In this document: positions 9,223 through 17,981 of the stretch, piece after piece
How the letters are laid out: each line of letters begins with the position of its first letter
How positions within the stretch are numbered: position 1 is the first letter of the stretch
DNA from: Spirochaetota bacterium
Lineage (GTDB): Bacteria; Spirochaetota; UBA4802; UBA5550
Direction: 5' to 3'
Assembly: GCA_041753395.1 (NCBI GenBank)
Contig: JBGSUQ010000029.1
Location: 326,706-390,705 of the forward strand
DNA: 64,000 bases
Made by a program: the position numbers and the translations under genes
The notes under the pieces: generated by a model
Told to the model about the DNA's origin: nothing
The model's database searches: none
What the model saw: only the letters and a program-made list of their open reading frames with translations

Positions 9223-10449
9223 TTAAAAATAATCACTTAATTTGGGAGGTAAATCTATTAGATTTCCTTTTAATATCGTTTCTCTCTTGTGACCGATATG
9301 AAACGATTTTTTATCACCGCTTAATCCAATGCGAATAATCATTTCTTTTTTTTGCGGTATATAAACAATTGTCCACATGGTTCCCAATATTAACGAATAG
9401 TTGTTCATTGCAGGGCCTTCCCGGGAATTCCCCATAAAGCTGAATATCGCGTCTATATCCGCTTCAGGATATTTTTTATGAAATTCTTCAATTGATCTTC
9501 GTCTTCTTAAACTATTCGGTAATACTTTTACATTTTCAGTTTTATTTGAGATCAATTGGAAATGATTAGTAGCCGTTAAAAATGCATCCTGCCCGGATTT
9601 TTCTCTAACTAAAATAGTGCCGGAAGCAACCTCAACAACTGCCATCTTTCCGGTTTTATCTAAAAGCGAGTAATTGCATGCTGTTGTATGGGGTAACTTT
9701 TTAAGCAGGGATATTGCCGAATTGACGTCTTTGGCCTTATCAAGAACACCTCTTACAATAATGGGCATGGAGATTCCTCCATTAACAGGAAATCTTTTAT
9801 TACTGGTAATTGCTGAAATTGCAATAACCAGACCATGTTCATTAATACCGCAAACCGCTCCGAATATAGATTCAGAAATCATTATTGATGAATATCTTCC
9901 TTTTGTACTTTCAGTTGACGAGATTATTCCATCGACCAATGTGGGAGGCCAGTCATAATTTCTGGCGAGGAACGGCGTCGGACGGGAATTAGTATAAACA
10001 CTGCATCCGCCAATGAAGAAGTGCGCCCCATAAAATTCCATTAATTTTTCGAGGGAAAAACCATGTGCATCTGAAAATGATTTCATTTCCGCATAAATTT
10101 CCGGGAAAAATTTTTCTAAATTTTCTTTAACCTTCGGAGGATTGCCCATAATTATTCCGCTAAGACTCATGCGGTCTTCAAGCCGTTGAATAATTACGGG
10201 ATTCTTTTTAATATAATCAGCTTTCTGTTTCCCGATATCAGCAGGGTTTCCCTCCCAATGGATATACTTCATTGAAAATGGAATTGTTTTATTTTTAATT
10301 GAAACCAGGTTTCTCTGATAAACCTCTTCATTCATGCCGAATGTAGCAGCACTTATGCAGCCAGTCAATAATAGCGGTAAGAAATAACTGATATACTTTA
10401 TGTGGTAGAGCATTTTTATTATATGAATTGTAAGATAGAAATATCTCAT
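9223..10449 (-). CDS. Peptidase C45 / acyl-CoA:6-APA acyltransferase-like Ntn-hydrolase lipoprotein
   Basis: Lipobox 'LLLTGC' (true start probably the internal Met near 10413). Ntn nucleophile motif 'IGGCSVYT...FLARNYDW'. Confidence 0.7.
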   Translation of the reverse strand: MRYFYLTIHIIKMLYHIKYISYFLPLLLTGCISAATFGMNEEVYQRNLVSIKNKTIPFSMKYIHWEGNPADIGKQKADYIKKNPVIIQRLEDRMSLSGIIMGNPPKVKENLEKFFPEIYAEMKSFSDAHGFSLEKLMEFYGAHFFIGGCSVYTNSRPTPFLARNYDWPPTLVDGIISSTESTKGRYSSIMISESIFGAVCGINEHGLVIAISAITSNKRFPVNGGISMPIIVRGVLDKAKDVNSAISLLKKLPHTTACNYSLLDKTGKMAVVEVASGTILVREKSGQDAFLTATNHFQLISNKTENVKVLPNSLRRRRSIEEFHKKYPEADIDAIFSFMGNSREGPAMNNYSLILGTMWTIVYIPQKKEMIIRIGLSGDKKSFHIGHKRETILKGNLIDLPPKLSDYF

Positions 10450-10589
10450 TATATCCTCGCTATAAAATAAAAGTCTTCATCTCTTAGTCGGACGCCCGGC
10501 GCTTTCTAAATAAATTGAGCAATCCGTTTCATATTTTTCAAATGCAACGGATTTTTTATTATTAAATAACATCTTTATATTGATTTAGT

Positions 10590-11105
10590 TCAAGAAGGAT
10601 TATCATTTTTATAATCAGACAAATGAATCACATGTTGAAACTCGGAATTTCTGTTTTTTGTCCAGAAATCTTGATGCATTTTTATCATAACTTCATGATT
10701 AATAGGTCCATTAATAATTATACCTGAATCATCAACAGCAGCAATTTTATGAGCTGACATGAATTTTCCCCATCCCCGTATAGCTGCAACTTGTTCTTGA
10801 GATACAAAGTAGGTTACTTTTCGTATTCCAGACCATATACAAGCTCCCATACACATCGGACATGGTTCATTTGATGATATCAAATGTGACTTCAATAGGA
10901 TTTCAGCACCATAGTTTTCAATAGCCGACTGAATTGCCAACATTTCTGCGTGTTTTAACGGATTACCTGAAGTTCGTGATTGATTACAACTGGCAGAAAT
11001 CACTAAATCATCCATAACTAATAAAGCAGCAAAAGGCGGGTTGCCCGTAGTAATTGCTTCTTTCTGTAGTTGAAGAATAATTGAAATTACTTCATTCGAT
11101 ATCAT
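10590..11105 (-). CDS. CDA-fold nucleoside deaminase (guanine deaminase / TadA-like)
   Basis: Zinc ligands 'HAEMLAI' and 'PCPMCMGAC'. Length and layout like B. subtilis GuaD-type deaminases. Confidence 0.8.
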   Translation of the reverse strand: MISNEVISIILQLQKEAITTGNPPFAALLVMDDLVISASCNQSRTSGNPLKHAEMLAIQSAIENYGAEILLKSHLISSNEPCPMCMGACIWSGIRKVTYFVSQEQVAAIRGWGKFMSAHKIAAVDDSGIIINGPINHEVMIKMHQDFWTKNRNSEFQHVIHLSDYKNDNPS

Positions 11106-11289
11106 TTGTTAAAAAATCTCCTGTCTATTCTTTGAAACCTTAGTAACTTTTGCTGGCATTTTTGAAGTATGAAATTTTATCTAACGATTTTTATACGAAT
11201 TTCATATAACTAATAAAATTGCAATTGATTTTCACAGAATATAACTATGTTTCATCATGCCTTTCAAACACTCTACCTGTATTTTATAA

Positions 11290-11590
11290 AATGTTATCTG
11301 AAATTGTCATAGTCCCGCCCCGCGAGATGCCGCGGGTGTCGATCTTTATCTTAAGCTGCATACGATCGTTGACATATGTTGATGTTTTTATCTCTGGCCA
11401 CCCCTCAAAATATCCGCCCGCAGGGCGGATACCTATCGGGGTGGTGCCTGAGGCGAGTCCCACGCAGTGGGTGAGCCGAGTTCACCCCGTAGCCTGTCGC
11501 GGCGCCTGAGCGACCGGGGAGAGAGGGAGCGCGAGGGCGAGAGGGCGCGTAGCACTCTTGCCCTCGCAAAATTGCCCGACCGGCTCCCGG
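11290..11590. repeat. Cluster of GC-rich perfect hairpins / nested inverted repeats in an intergenic region (REP-like structured element)
   Basis: Hairpin 'cccgcgagatgccgcggg'. Outer 'cacccc...ggggtg' enclosing 'atccgcccgcagggcggat'. Hairpin 'cccacgcagtggg'. Stem 'gggtga...tcaccc'. Inverted repeat 'gcgagggc...gccctcgc'. The small ORFs here look spurious. Confidence 0.45.
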
Positions 11591-13804
11591 TTATTTACCC
11601 GCCCCGGCCTGGGGCAATATCTTCGAAAGGCTTAGCAAAAGTGCCGGGATGGCAATAGCCATATTTAAAAGAATCGTACCCCGTATCCCCAGGATCGGGA
11701 GAAAGACCATTACCGTGAGGAGCGCCCCGGCGATTGCGCCGAAATGGTCCATCGCATCCAGCACCGATGCCGATTCCAGGGGGGCGTCAGACCCCGCTGT
11801 CGCGAACAGCGCCGGAAACACCGCGCCGCAGAGAAACGAAAACACCACCAGGAGGACCCAGAACAGGAGATCGGACCCGGCCCAGGTGGAAGCCAGGATA
11901 GTCCCGGCGGCAATGGACAGGCCTGTCAGTATCAGGGGAAGTCGCGGCCTGTTCCACCGGGTGGCGGAGAAGCCCCCCATGGTCAGCCCCAGCATAAAGA
12001 GGGCATTGATGAGGGATATACGGTAGTAGACAATGCCGTGTGAATTCTGATAGAGCACGATCATGACCAGCATGATCGAAATGCTGATGAGGCCGGTGGA
12101 GAAGATCACGAAACCGGCGGCAAGGCGGCGCCGCCCGTGCTTCCTCCCGACGTCCCAGAAGACGGCGCCGGCAAGGGCAGTGATGATCGCAAGGAAAAAC
12201 GGGAACCCACGGACCAGGCGGTGCAGGACCGAACCCTCTTTGAAGGCGGAAAGGACAATGTTCTTCCAGTAGGCCCCAGGCTGGAGGTCCCTGTTTTCGT
12301 CGATGCTTTTCAGCAGGGGCGCCATGACATTACCAAAATAATCAAGGTGCGACTTCTCGAAATAGGCCCGAAGCTCTTCGGGGGAAAAATTATCGGTGAT
12401 CTCCCCTTCGAAGCGTCCCGCAGGTAGAGGCATTGACTTCGCATACCGCTCTATGAGAGCATCACCGCTCTCCGGCAGGACGTCGTTCCGCCCTGCCCCA
12501 ATGAGGTATATGGTTTCGCCGGATGTTATCAGGTGATGGGGGAATTCCGCGGCAAAGGCCCGGTACATCGAGGCGATATAATTTTTCAAGTCATCTGACA
12601 TGTAATTGCTGAAGCCGTGCAGGGCAGTAATAAAGATGCCGCCTTCGGCCAGGCGCTTTTTGCAGAGCCTGTAGAATTCCCTTGTGCAGAAGCGGTTAAG
12701 CATGATGTTCTCCGGCGGGGGCGGCAGGCTGATGATCATGCCGAAGCACTCTTCCCTGTCAGTCAGATAATGGCGCAGGTCCTCCCGGACAACCCTGAGC
12801 TTCGCGCTGTCCCCTTCCCGGTATAGTACCTTGCGGAAAGGATATACCGCGTCCCACAGCCCCGGGTCATGCTCGAAGTAGCTGAGGCGGTCTATGTCCG
12901 CCTTCAATAGATTGTGCAGTAGCGACCCTGGGCCGGATCCCATGAGAAGGACCCCGGGGCGTTTCGATAAAAGGGCATTGATCAGGTGAAAGACGCCCCG
13001 CGCCTCATACCGGTCCGGCAGGGTGTACATGAGTATGCCGTCGCCATATACGCTCACCGTGTCCCCGGCTGACTCGACCGCCACGGTCTGATACTTCGTC
13101 CGCTGGTAATGGACCAGCTTTCCCGCGTGGGTCCGATTCCAAACCGCAGTGAAGATACGCTCTTCTATCGTGCCGGAAAAGAGAAGAACCGCCAGGGGCA
13201 GCAGGGCCAGGGGAAGGAGCCTTTTATTTACGCGCCAGAATACAAGGCCCATAGCGATGACAAGCAGGCCCGATGCGATCGCCAGGGGATTCGCGATGGT
13301 GACAAGTATAAATGAAAAGACCATGCCGCCGGCAAAAGAGCCGAGGGACTCTGCGTAAAAGATGGTACCCCCGGACCGCTCCTTCAGCTCCGCCGAGGCG
13401 ATGCTGACCATGGGCGGAAAAAAAAACCCGATGAAAAAACCGACCGGCGCCGTAAAAAGGAGAGCCAGGAAAAGTTCGGCTGTAAAGGAATAGAAGGTCC
13501 CCACGGTGCGGGGTATGACGATCTGCACGGCATGGGCCCCGTACACCGAGGCGGCCAAGGCCAGGGGAGGGATAACAAGGGATATAAGCACGCGCCGCTC
13601 CAGGGACCCCTTGTCCCCGGCAGGGTTGAAGCGGGCCCCAAGGTAGATGCCCAGGAACCAGGAGGAGAGTATCACGCCGATAATAAGCTCGTTGCCGCGG
13701 CAGAGGACCAGGAGCTCGCGGATCAGGACAACCTGCGCCAGGGCCGCCGCCAGGCCCATGAAGAAGGCTATTGAAATACTGCTGCGGCGGCTTGCATCCG
13801 TCAT
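11591..13804 (-). CDS. Polytopic membrane protein with embedded spermidine-synthase-like (class I SAM fold) domain; dcSAM/aminopropyl signature residues absent
   Basis: About 7 N-terminal and about 6 C-terminal TM helices. The central domain aligns to SpeE ('YQTVAVE', 'LMGSGPGSLL' vs GGGDGG, 'EHDPGLW', 'CTREFYRLCKKRLAEGGIF'), but 'DSxDP' is 'SLPPPP'. Start ATG at 13804 overlaps the upstream TGA (ATGA coupling). Confidence 0.75.
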   Translation of the reverse strand: MTDASRRSSISIAFFMGLAAALAQVVLIRELLVLCRGNELIIGVILSSWFLGIYLGARFNPAGDKGSLERRVLISLVIPPLALAASVYGAHAVQIVIPRTVGTFYSFTAELFLALLFTAPVGFFIGFFFPPMVSIASAELKERSGGTIFYAESLGSFAGGMVFSFILVTIANPLAIASGLLVIAMGLVFWRVNKRLLPLALLPLAVLLFSGTIEERIFTAVWNRTHAGKLVHYQRTKYQTVAVESAGDTVSVYGDGILMYTLPDRYEARGVFHLINALLSKRPGVLLMGSGPGSLLHNLLKADIDRLSYFEHDPGLWDAVYPFRKVLYREGDSAKLRVVREDLRHYLTDREECFGMIISLPPPPENIMLNRFCTREFYRLCKKRLAEGGIFITALHGFSNYMSDDLKNYIASMYRAFAAEFPHHLITSGETIYLIGAGRNDVLPESGDALIERYAKSMPLPAGRFEGEITDNFSPEELRAYFEKSHLDYFGNVMAPLLKSIDENRDLQPGAYWKNIVLSAFKEGSVLHRLVRGFPFFLAIITALAGAVFWDVGRKHGRRRLAAGFVIFSTGLISISIMLVMIVLYQNSHGIVYYRISLINALFMLGLTMGGFSATRWNRPRLPLILTGLSIAAGTILASTWAGSDLLFWVLLVVFSFLCGAVFPALFATAGSDAPLESASVLDAMDHFGAIAGALLTVMVFLPILGIRGTILLNMAIAIPALLLSLSKILPQAGAGK

Positions 13805-14949
13805 GCCCATACCCCGGGTATCCTTGTTTTGCAGAAAGGACATGCGCCGTCCCGGATGCCGTTCTCAACGTGGTAAAAGCCGCTTCGCCGGATGATCATT
13901 TTCCCGCAGCTGTGGCAGTAGGTGTTCTCCCACCGGTGGCCGTCCACGTTCCCTACATAAGGATACCGGATACCCTCGTTCTTCGCAATTATCCGGCACC
14001 GCTCCAGGGTGGACACCGGCGTGGGAGGCAGATTCTGTAACCTGTACATGGCGTGGAAGCGCGTGAAGTGCATGGGCACGTCGGGGGAGAGGTTCTTCCG
14101 CACCCACGCCGTCATTTTTTTTATTTCAGCAGCAGAATCATTCAATGTTGGTATCACCAACACCACGATCTCGAGCCACTTCCCCGTCGCGTGGACCGAA
14201 ACCAGGTTTTCCAGCACGGGCTTCAGCCTGCCGCCGCAGATGGAGCTGTAGAAATTCTCGGTGAAGGCCTTGAGGTCGATCTTGATGCCGTCAAGACTCC
14301 GCGCCAGCATCCGCCCCGCATCCGGCTTTATATAGCCGTTGGATATGATGACAGACCGGACACCCCGGCGCCGGGCCTCAGCCGCGGAATCGAGGATATA
14401 CTCAAACTGCACCGTGGGCTCGTTGTAGGTGAAGGCAATCACCTTTGATCCGCCGGAGCGGGCCCTGCGGGAGAGCTCCGCCGGGTCTATGCGCTCGGCC
14501 TCGAGGTCTTCAGGGTCAGCCTGGGACAACTGCCAGTTCTGGCAGAACTGACATGATATGTTGCAACCGGCCGTGGCCACGGAATAGGCGGTCGAGCCGG
14601 GGAGAAAGTGGAACAGCGGCTTCTTCTCGATAGGGTCGACGTGGGCCGCGGCTATGCGGGAATAGACCAGGGTGTAGAGGCCTCCCTTGATGTTCTTCCG
14701 CACGCGGCAGATGCCGCGGTCGCCGTCGTCCAGGACGCAGCCGTTGGGACAGAGCTCGCACCGCACCGCGCCGCCCTCGAGCTTTTTCCACATCTTCGCC
14801 GGCTTCAGAAAATAGTCCCTGCCGGACTGGCAGTAGGTGTCAGAGCAGCCCGCGGCGCCCAGGCCTACAAGGGCAAGGAGGCACATCCCTTCTCCGGCCC
14901 TTGCCAGGAACTCGCGCCGCGCCATCAAATCATGGGGCCCCTTTTTCAT
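13801..14949 (-). CDS. AmmeMemoRadiSam-system radical SAM enzyme (PflA-like activase family) with Tat-like/lipobox N-terminus
   Basis: CxxxCxxC 'GCNISCQFCQNW'. N-terminal Cys cluster 'CELCPNGC...GICRVR'. N-terminus 'ARREFLARAG...LALVGLGAAGCS'. GAGGAG SD. 4-bp overlap with the upstream gene. Confidence 0.85.
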   Translation of the reverse strand: MKKGPHDLMARREFLARAGEGMCLLALVGLGAAGCSDTYCQSGRDYFLKPAKMWKKLEGGAVRCELCPNGCVLDDGDRGICRVRKNIKGGLYTLVYSRIAAAHVDPIEKKPLFHFLPGSTAYSVATAGCNISCQFCQNWQLSQADPEDLEAERIDPAELSRRARSGGSKVIAFTYNEPTVQFEYILDSAAEARRRGVRSVIISNGYIKPDAGRMLARSLDGIKIDLKAFTENFYSSICGGRLKPVLENLVSVHATGKWLEIVVLVIPTLNDSAAEIKKMTAWVRKNLSPDVPMHFTRFHAMYRLQNLPPTPVSTLERCRIIAKNEGIRYPYVGNVDGHRWENTYCHSCGKMIIRRSGFYHVENGIRDGACPFCKTRIPGVWA

Positions 14950-16490
14950 TTCCGCTCCTCACCGAAGATGATGGCCTGAAACCGCAGTATCTTCGTTCCG
15001 CCGTCCTTCCACGCGCCGGCGGGAAGCCCGGCCTTGAGACTGGTCTGGTCAAGGAAGGTCTTCCGGTCCCACCCCTGTTCCACCGGCACCTGGGGCAGGA
15101 GGAGCCCCCGGTACGATCCCCGTACCATAATGAGGCCGTCCCTTCCCACCTGTATATCCTCAACGGACTTCACCGGGACCGGCTCTGTGAGCACGGAGAT
15201 CTCGATAGTTATCGCCGGAAGCTCATCGGCAGTGACCGGCCCGAAGCGCGGGTCCTGGAAAGCCGCATTGTAGGAATTGTCCAGCACCGCCTGAAGAAGG
15301 GGCTTCAGGCCGGTGATATAGCCGATGCATCCCCGCAGCTCACCGCGCTTCTTCAGGGTCACGAAGACCCCCCGCTTTTCCAGCAACGCCGGCGGCACGT
15401 TCGTGGGGAAGAATCGTATCCCCCTCCTTTTTTTGAGCCATGAAGCGATGTTGTCCCGGGCGGCTTTAAGAAGAAACTTCCGGTCCTTATCGGAAAGAAA
15501 CGACCCGCTGTCATCCCGTAGTTTAGCCGCTTCCAGGCGCCCGGAAAGAAGGATCGCGGCGTAACTCACCGAGTTTGTGTAATCGCCGGTGATGTTCCCC
15601 GATGTATCATAGGCCACCTGCTCAGCCTTAAAGCCCGCAATGGGCAGGGCCAGTGCGATTCTTATCGGGTTTCTTCCGCAGATGGTGGCCCCGGTCCTGT
15701 CGCAGTATCCGGTAAAGCCGGCAAGGTCCTTTTTAAGTATTAAATCTATGGCGCCGCCGTCAAGCTCCTTCAATTTAACCGCGTTGCTCTGACCCCCGAT
15801 GTTTTTGAAGGGCTCATAACCGAAATTCGGTCCGTAATGGGTAAAATCGGAGCTGATAATGAAAAAAGGTTTATACCGGGCAGTCGCGTCCGCGAGTTTC
15901 CGGGCCGCCTTTTTCGCATCACCGTCATCCAGCTCCCCCACCAGGATGGGAAGGACCCGGACATCCTTTGCCAATCCGGGGCCGAATATCCTCTGGATAA
16001 AAGGGAGATGAATTTCAATGGAATGCTCCCGTTCAAAGGCGGGGGCGTTTTTCCTGAACAGACCGTCACGGGCAAGGTCATCGGCGGCCTCCCGGTTCAA
16101 TCGCACCTTCCCCAGGGGCGTTTCATAATAATCGGCGTCGATAAGGGAACATCCGCGAAAGGCGCTGTAATGGGAAGGTGCCAGGATAACTATCAGCCTC
16201 GCACCAATACCGGGTTTGCCGACACTGCCGATAACCCGGTAACCGGAGGCGGCCGTTCTGCCGGAATAAACATAGCCCGCATGGGGCAGGATGAGGACAA
16301 GGGGGTCTTTATGCTCCCCTGCGGGGCGGGCCCTGGCCAACAGGGTATCGACCTGGCCTGACAGTTCGCCGGTATCGGCGGGATACCATGTGCCGGCCAG
16401 GTTTGATATTTTCACTTTTGCCTCTGAATCAGTGGCTGCGCAATAAAAGGAAAGGAACATAATTAAAACTAATTGGGCGTACTTTTTCAT
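14946..16490 (-). CDS. Fusion protein: MEMO1-family (AmmeMemoRadiSam protein B) + AMMECR1 (protein A), with N-terminal Sec signal peptide
   Basis: Signal peptide 'MKKYAQLVLIMFLSFYCAATDSEA'. MEMO motif 'AGTWYP...LPHAGYVYSG'. AMMECR1 signature 'LRGCIGYI'. GAGGGA SD. Confidence 0.85.
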   Translation of the reverse strand: MKKYAQLVLIMFLSFYCAATDSEAKVKISNLAGTWYPADTGELSGQVDTLLARARPAGEHKDPLVLILPHAGYVYSGRTAASGYRVIGSVGKPGIGARLIVILAPSHYSAFRGCSLIDADYYETPLGKVRLNREAADDLARDGLFRKNAPAFEREHSIEIHLPFIQRIFGPGLAKDVRVLPILVGELDDGDAKKAARKLADATARYKPFFIISSDFTHYGPNFGYEPFKNIGGQSNAVKLKELDGGAIDLILKKDLAGFTGYCDRTGATICGRNPIRIALALPIAGFKAEQVAYDTSGNITGDYTNSVSYAAILLSGRLEAAKLRDDSGSFLSDKDRKFLLKAARDNIASWLKKRRGIRFFPTNVPPALLEKRGVFVTLKKRGELRGCIGYITGLKPLLQAVLDNSYNAAFQDPRFGPVTADELPAITIEISVLTEPVPVKSVEDIQVGRDGLIMVRGSYRGLLLPQVPVEQGWDRKTFLDQTSLKAGLPAGAWKDGGTKILRFQAIIFGEERK

Positions 16491-16932
16491 AACTTTTCCC
16501 TCAATCCCTGGATCAATTGAAAAACTATGTGGCAGATCGAATGACAGGTGCCTTTTTATACTAATAATAATAAAAAAACAATCAATAATCCATGCCTGTT
16601 ATATATTGGAATTTAAGAAATAATTTTAATAATTAATTACCACAATGCTAAGACCAGGAATATAATTATTATGACAGATGAATGAAGATTACATTTTTAA
16701 TATAACAGATTCCACTATGGATAATGAGGGAATACACTTACATTAAAATAAGCTATAAACTATTATTTTTTGAATTATTCTATTATAGTCATAAAAGTTA
16801 ATATACGATATATTACTGAAAATACTATATAATAAAAAGAATTAATTATTGTCTCATTAAAAATGTTATGCAAAATTATATATATACAACACTGTTAACG
16901 TACTCAAACAAAAAGTGATAAAATTTATAATT

Positions 16933-16956
16933 AAAAACCCACCCGGGTGGGTTTTT
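16933..16956. terminator. Bidirectional rho-independent terminator hairpin (AAAAACCCACCCGGGTGGGTTTTT)
   Basis: Perfect palindrome 'cccacccgggtggg' flanked by an A-run and a T-run. It lies between two divergent gene starts. Confidence 0.6.
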
Positions 16957-17105
16957 AATTTGACTTAGACTGATTCTTCCTTTATCTTATTCATGGTTAT
17001 ATGAAATAAACATACTAAAAAAGCAATGGATACAAATTTAAAATTAACACCTAAATCAATGATGACCCTTGAGCAAATTGATGTTATGAACAAAGGATCA
17101 ACCAA

Positions 17106-17942
17106 ATGAATACAAAACTGACCATCGCCATCTCCCTTCTCCTTGCCATATCCCTTTACACCATACAGACTGAAGCTGCAACTATCGTGCTCCGTTCAGG
17201 AGTGACTGTCAAGGGCAAGCTCATCGACCGCACTGATGATGAGGTAACCATCCAGGACCCGGACACCAAGCAGATGCGCATAATCAAGACAATTTTCGTC
17301 CGCGACCTGGTACTGGAACGGGATGAACAGAAACTGGTGGATAAGCTGGAAAAGAAAAAGAAGGGAAAAGACCTCAAGCTCCGGGGTACCGATGAAAGCG
17401 AGGACATTCTATCAGTGATCCAGCCGACCATAGGCCTGATGCCGGGTATTGCCTACCCCTTCGGTAAAGTGGGAAAAAATCTTAATTTGGGTTTCGGCGG
17501 GCAATTGTTCTTCGATGTGGGCATCCCCATGAAGACTGAAATCTTTAAAATCCGCATGGGACTTTCCATCGGCTTTCTCTATCACCAGACCAAATCGAGC
17601 GAATATGCGCCATCATTGATGATGCTCCCCATGACGGCCTACATGAAATTTCAATTTATATCCAGAGTCGGGGTGCGGCCCTATATCAAGATCGGCGGCG
17701 GCATAACGCCGGTGCTGAGCAGCGGCGGCAATTCCTTCGACCCGACCGCAACCGCGGCATTCGGGCTGGGTTATGTTAACGACAGGATACCATTCATGGA
17801 ATTTTTCTTAGAAGCGGGCATGATGATGGCCTTTGAGAAAATCAGGGGCGACTTCATCACCGCGAATATCGGGGTCGCCTACCGCTTCGGAGCGCCCCCG
17901 GCCACGGTCACGACTGTGAAAACAGACGCAAAAAAGAAGTAA
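17106..17942 (+). CDS. Outer-membrane beta-barrel protein (8-strand OmpA/OmpW-like barrel with N-terminal soluble domain)
   Basis: Signal peptide 'LLLAISLYTIQTEA'. Alternating amphipathic beta-strands. Terminal strand 'IGVAYRF'. Immediately upstream of the giant lipoprotein gene. Confidence 0.65.
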   Translation: MNTKLTIAISLLLAISLYTIQTEAATIVLRSGVTVKGKLIDRTDDEVTIQDPDTKQMRIIKTIFVRDLVLERDEQKLVDKLEKKKKGKDLKLRGTDESEDILSVIQPTIGLMPGIAYPFGKVGKNLNLGFGGQLFFDVGIPMKTEIFKIRMGLSIGFLYHQTKSSEYAPSLMMLPMTAYMKFQFISRVGVRPYIKIGGGITPVLSSGGNSFDPTATAAFGLGYVNDRIPFMEFFLEAGMMMAFEKIRGDFITANIGVAYRFGAPPATVTTVKTDAKKK

Positions 17943-17981
17943 GGTATCGGAACGACCTGACAGGCCGCCGAGGAGGAATAT

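Noticed and set aside
11219-11658. Small plus-strand ORFs (11219-11509, 11467-11658) in the hairpin-rich intergenic region
   Set aside because: Their Arg/Gly/Glu-rich products derive directly from the GC-rich palindromes. They have no RBS and overlap each other. I interpret the region as structured non-coding DNA.
13224-13868. 214-aa minus-strand ORF overlapping the SpeE-like membrane gene in another frame
   Set aside because: Its product is Pro/Gly/Arg-rich with no hydrophobic or motif structure. The overlapping frame encodes a coherent TM/SAM-fold protein.
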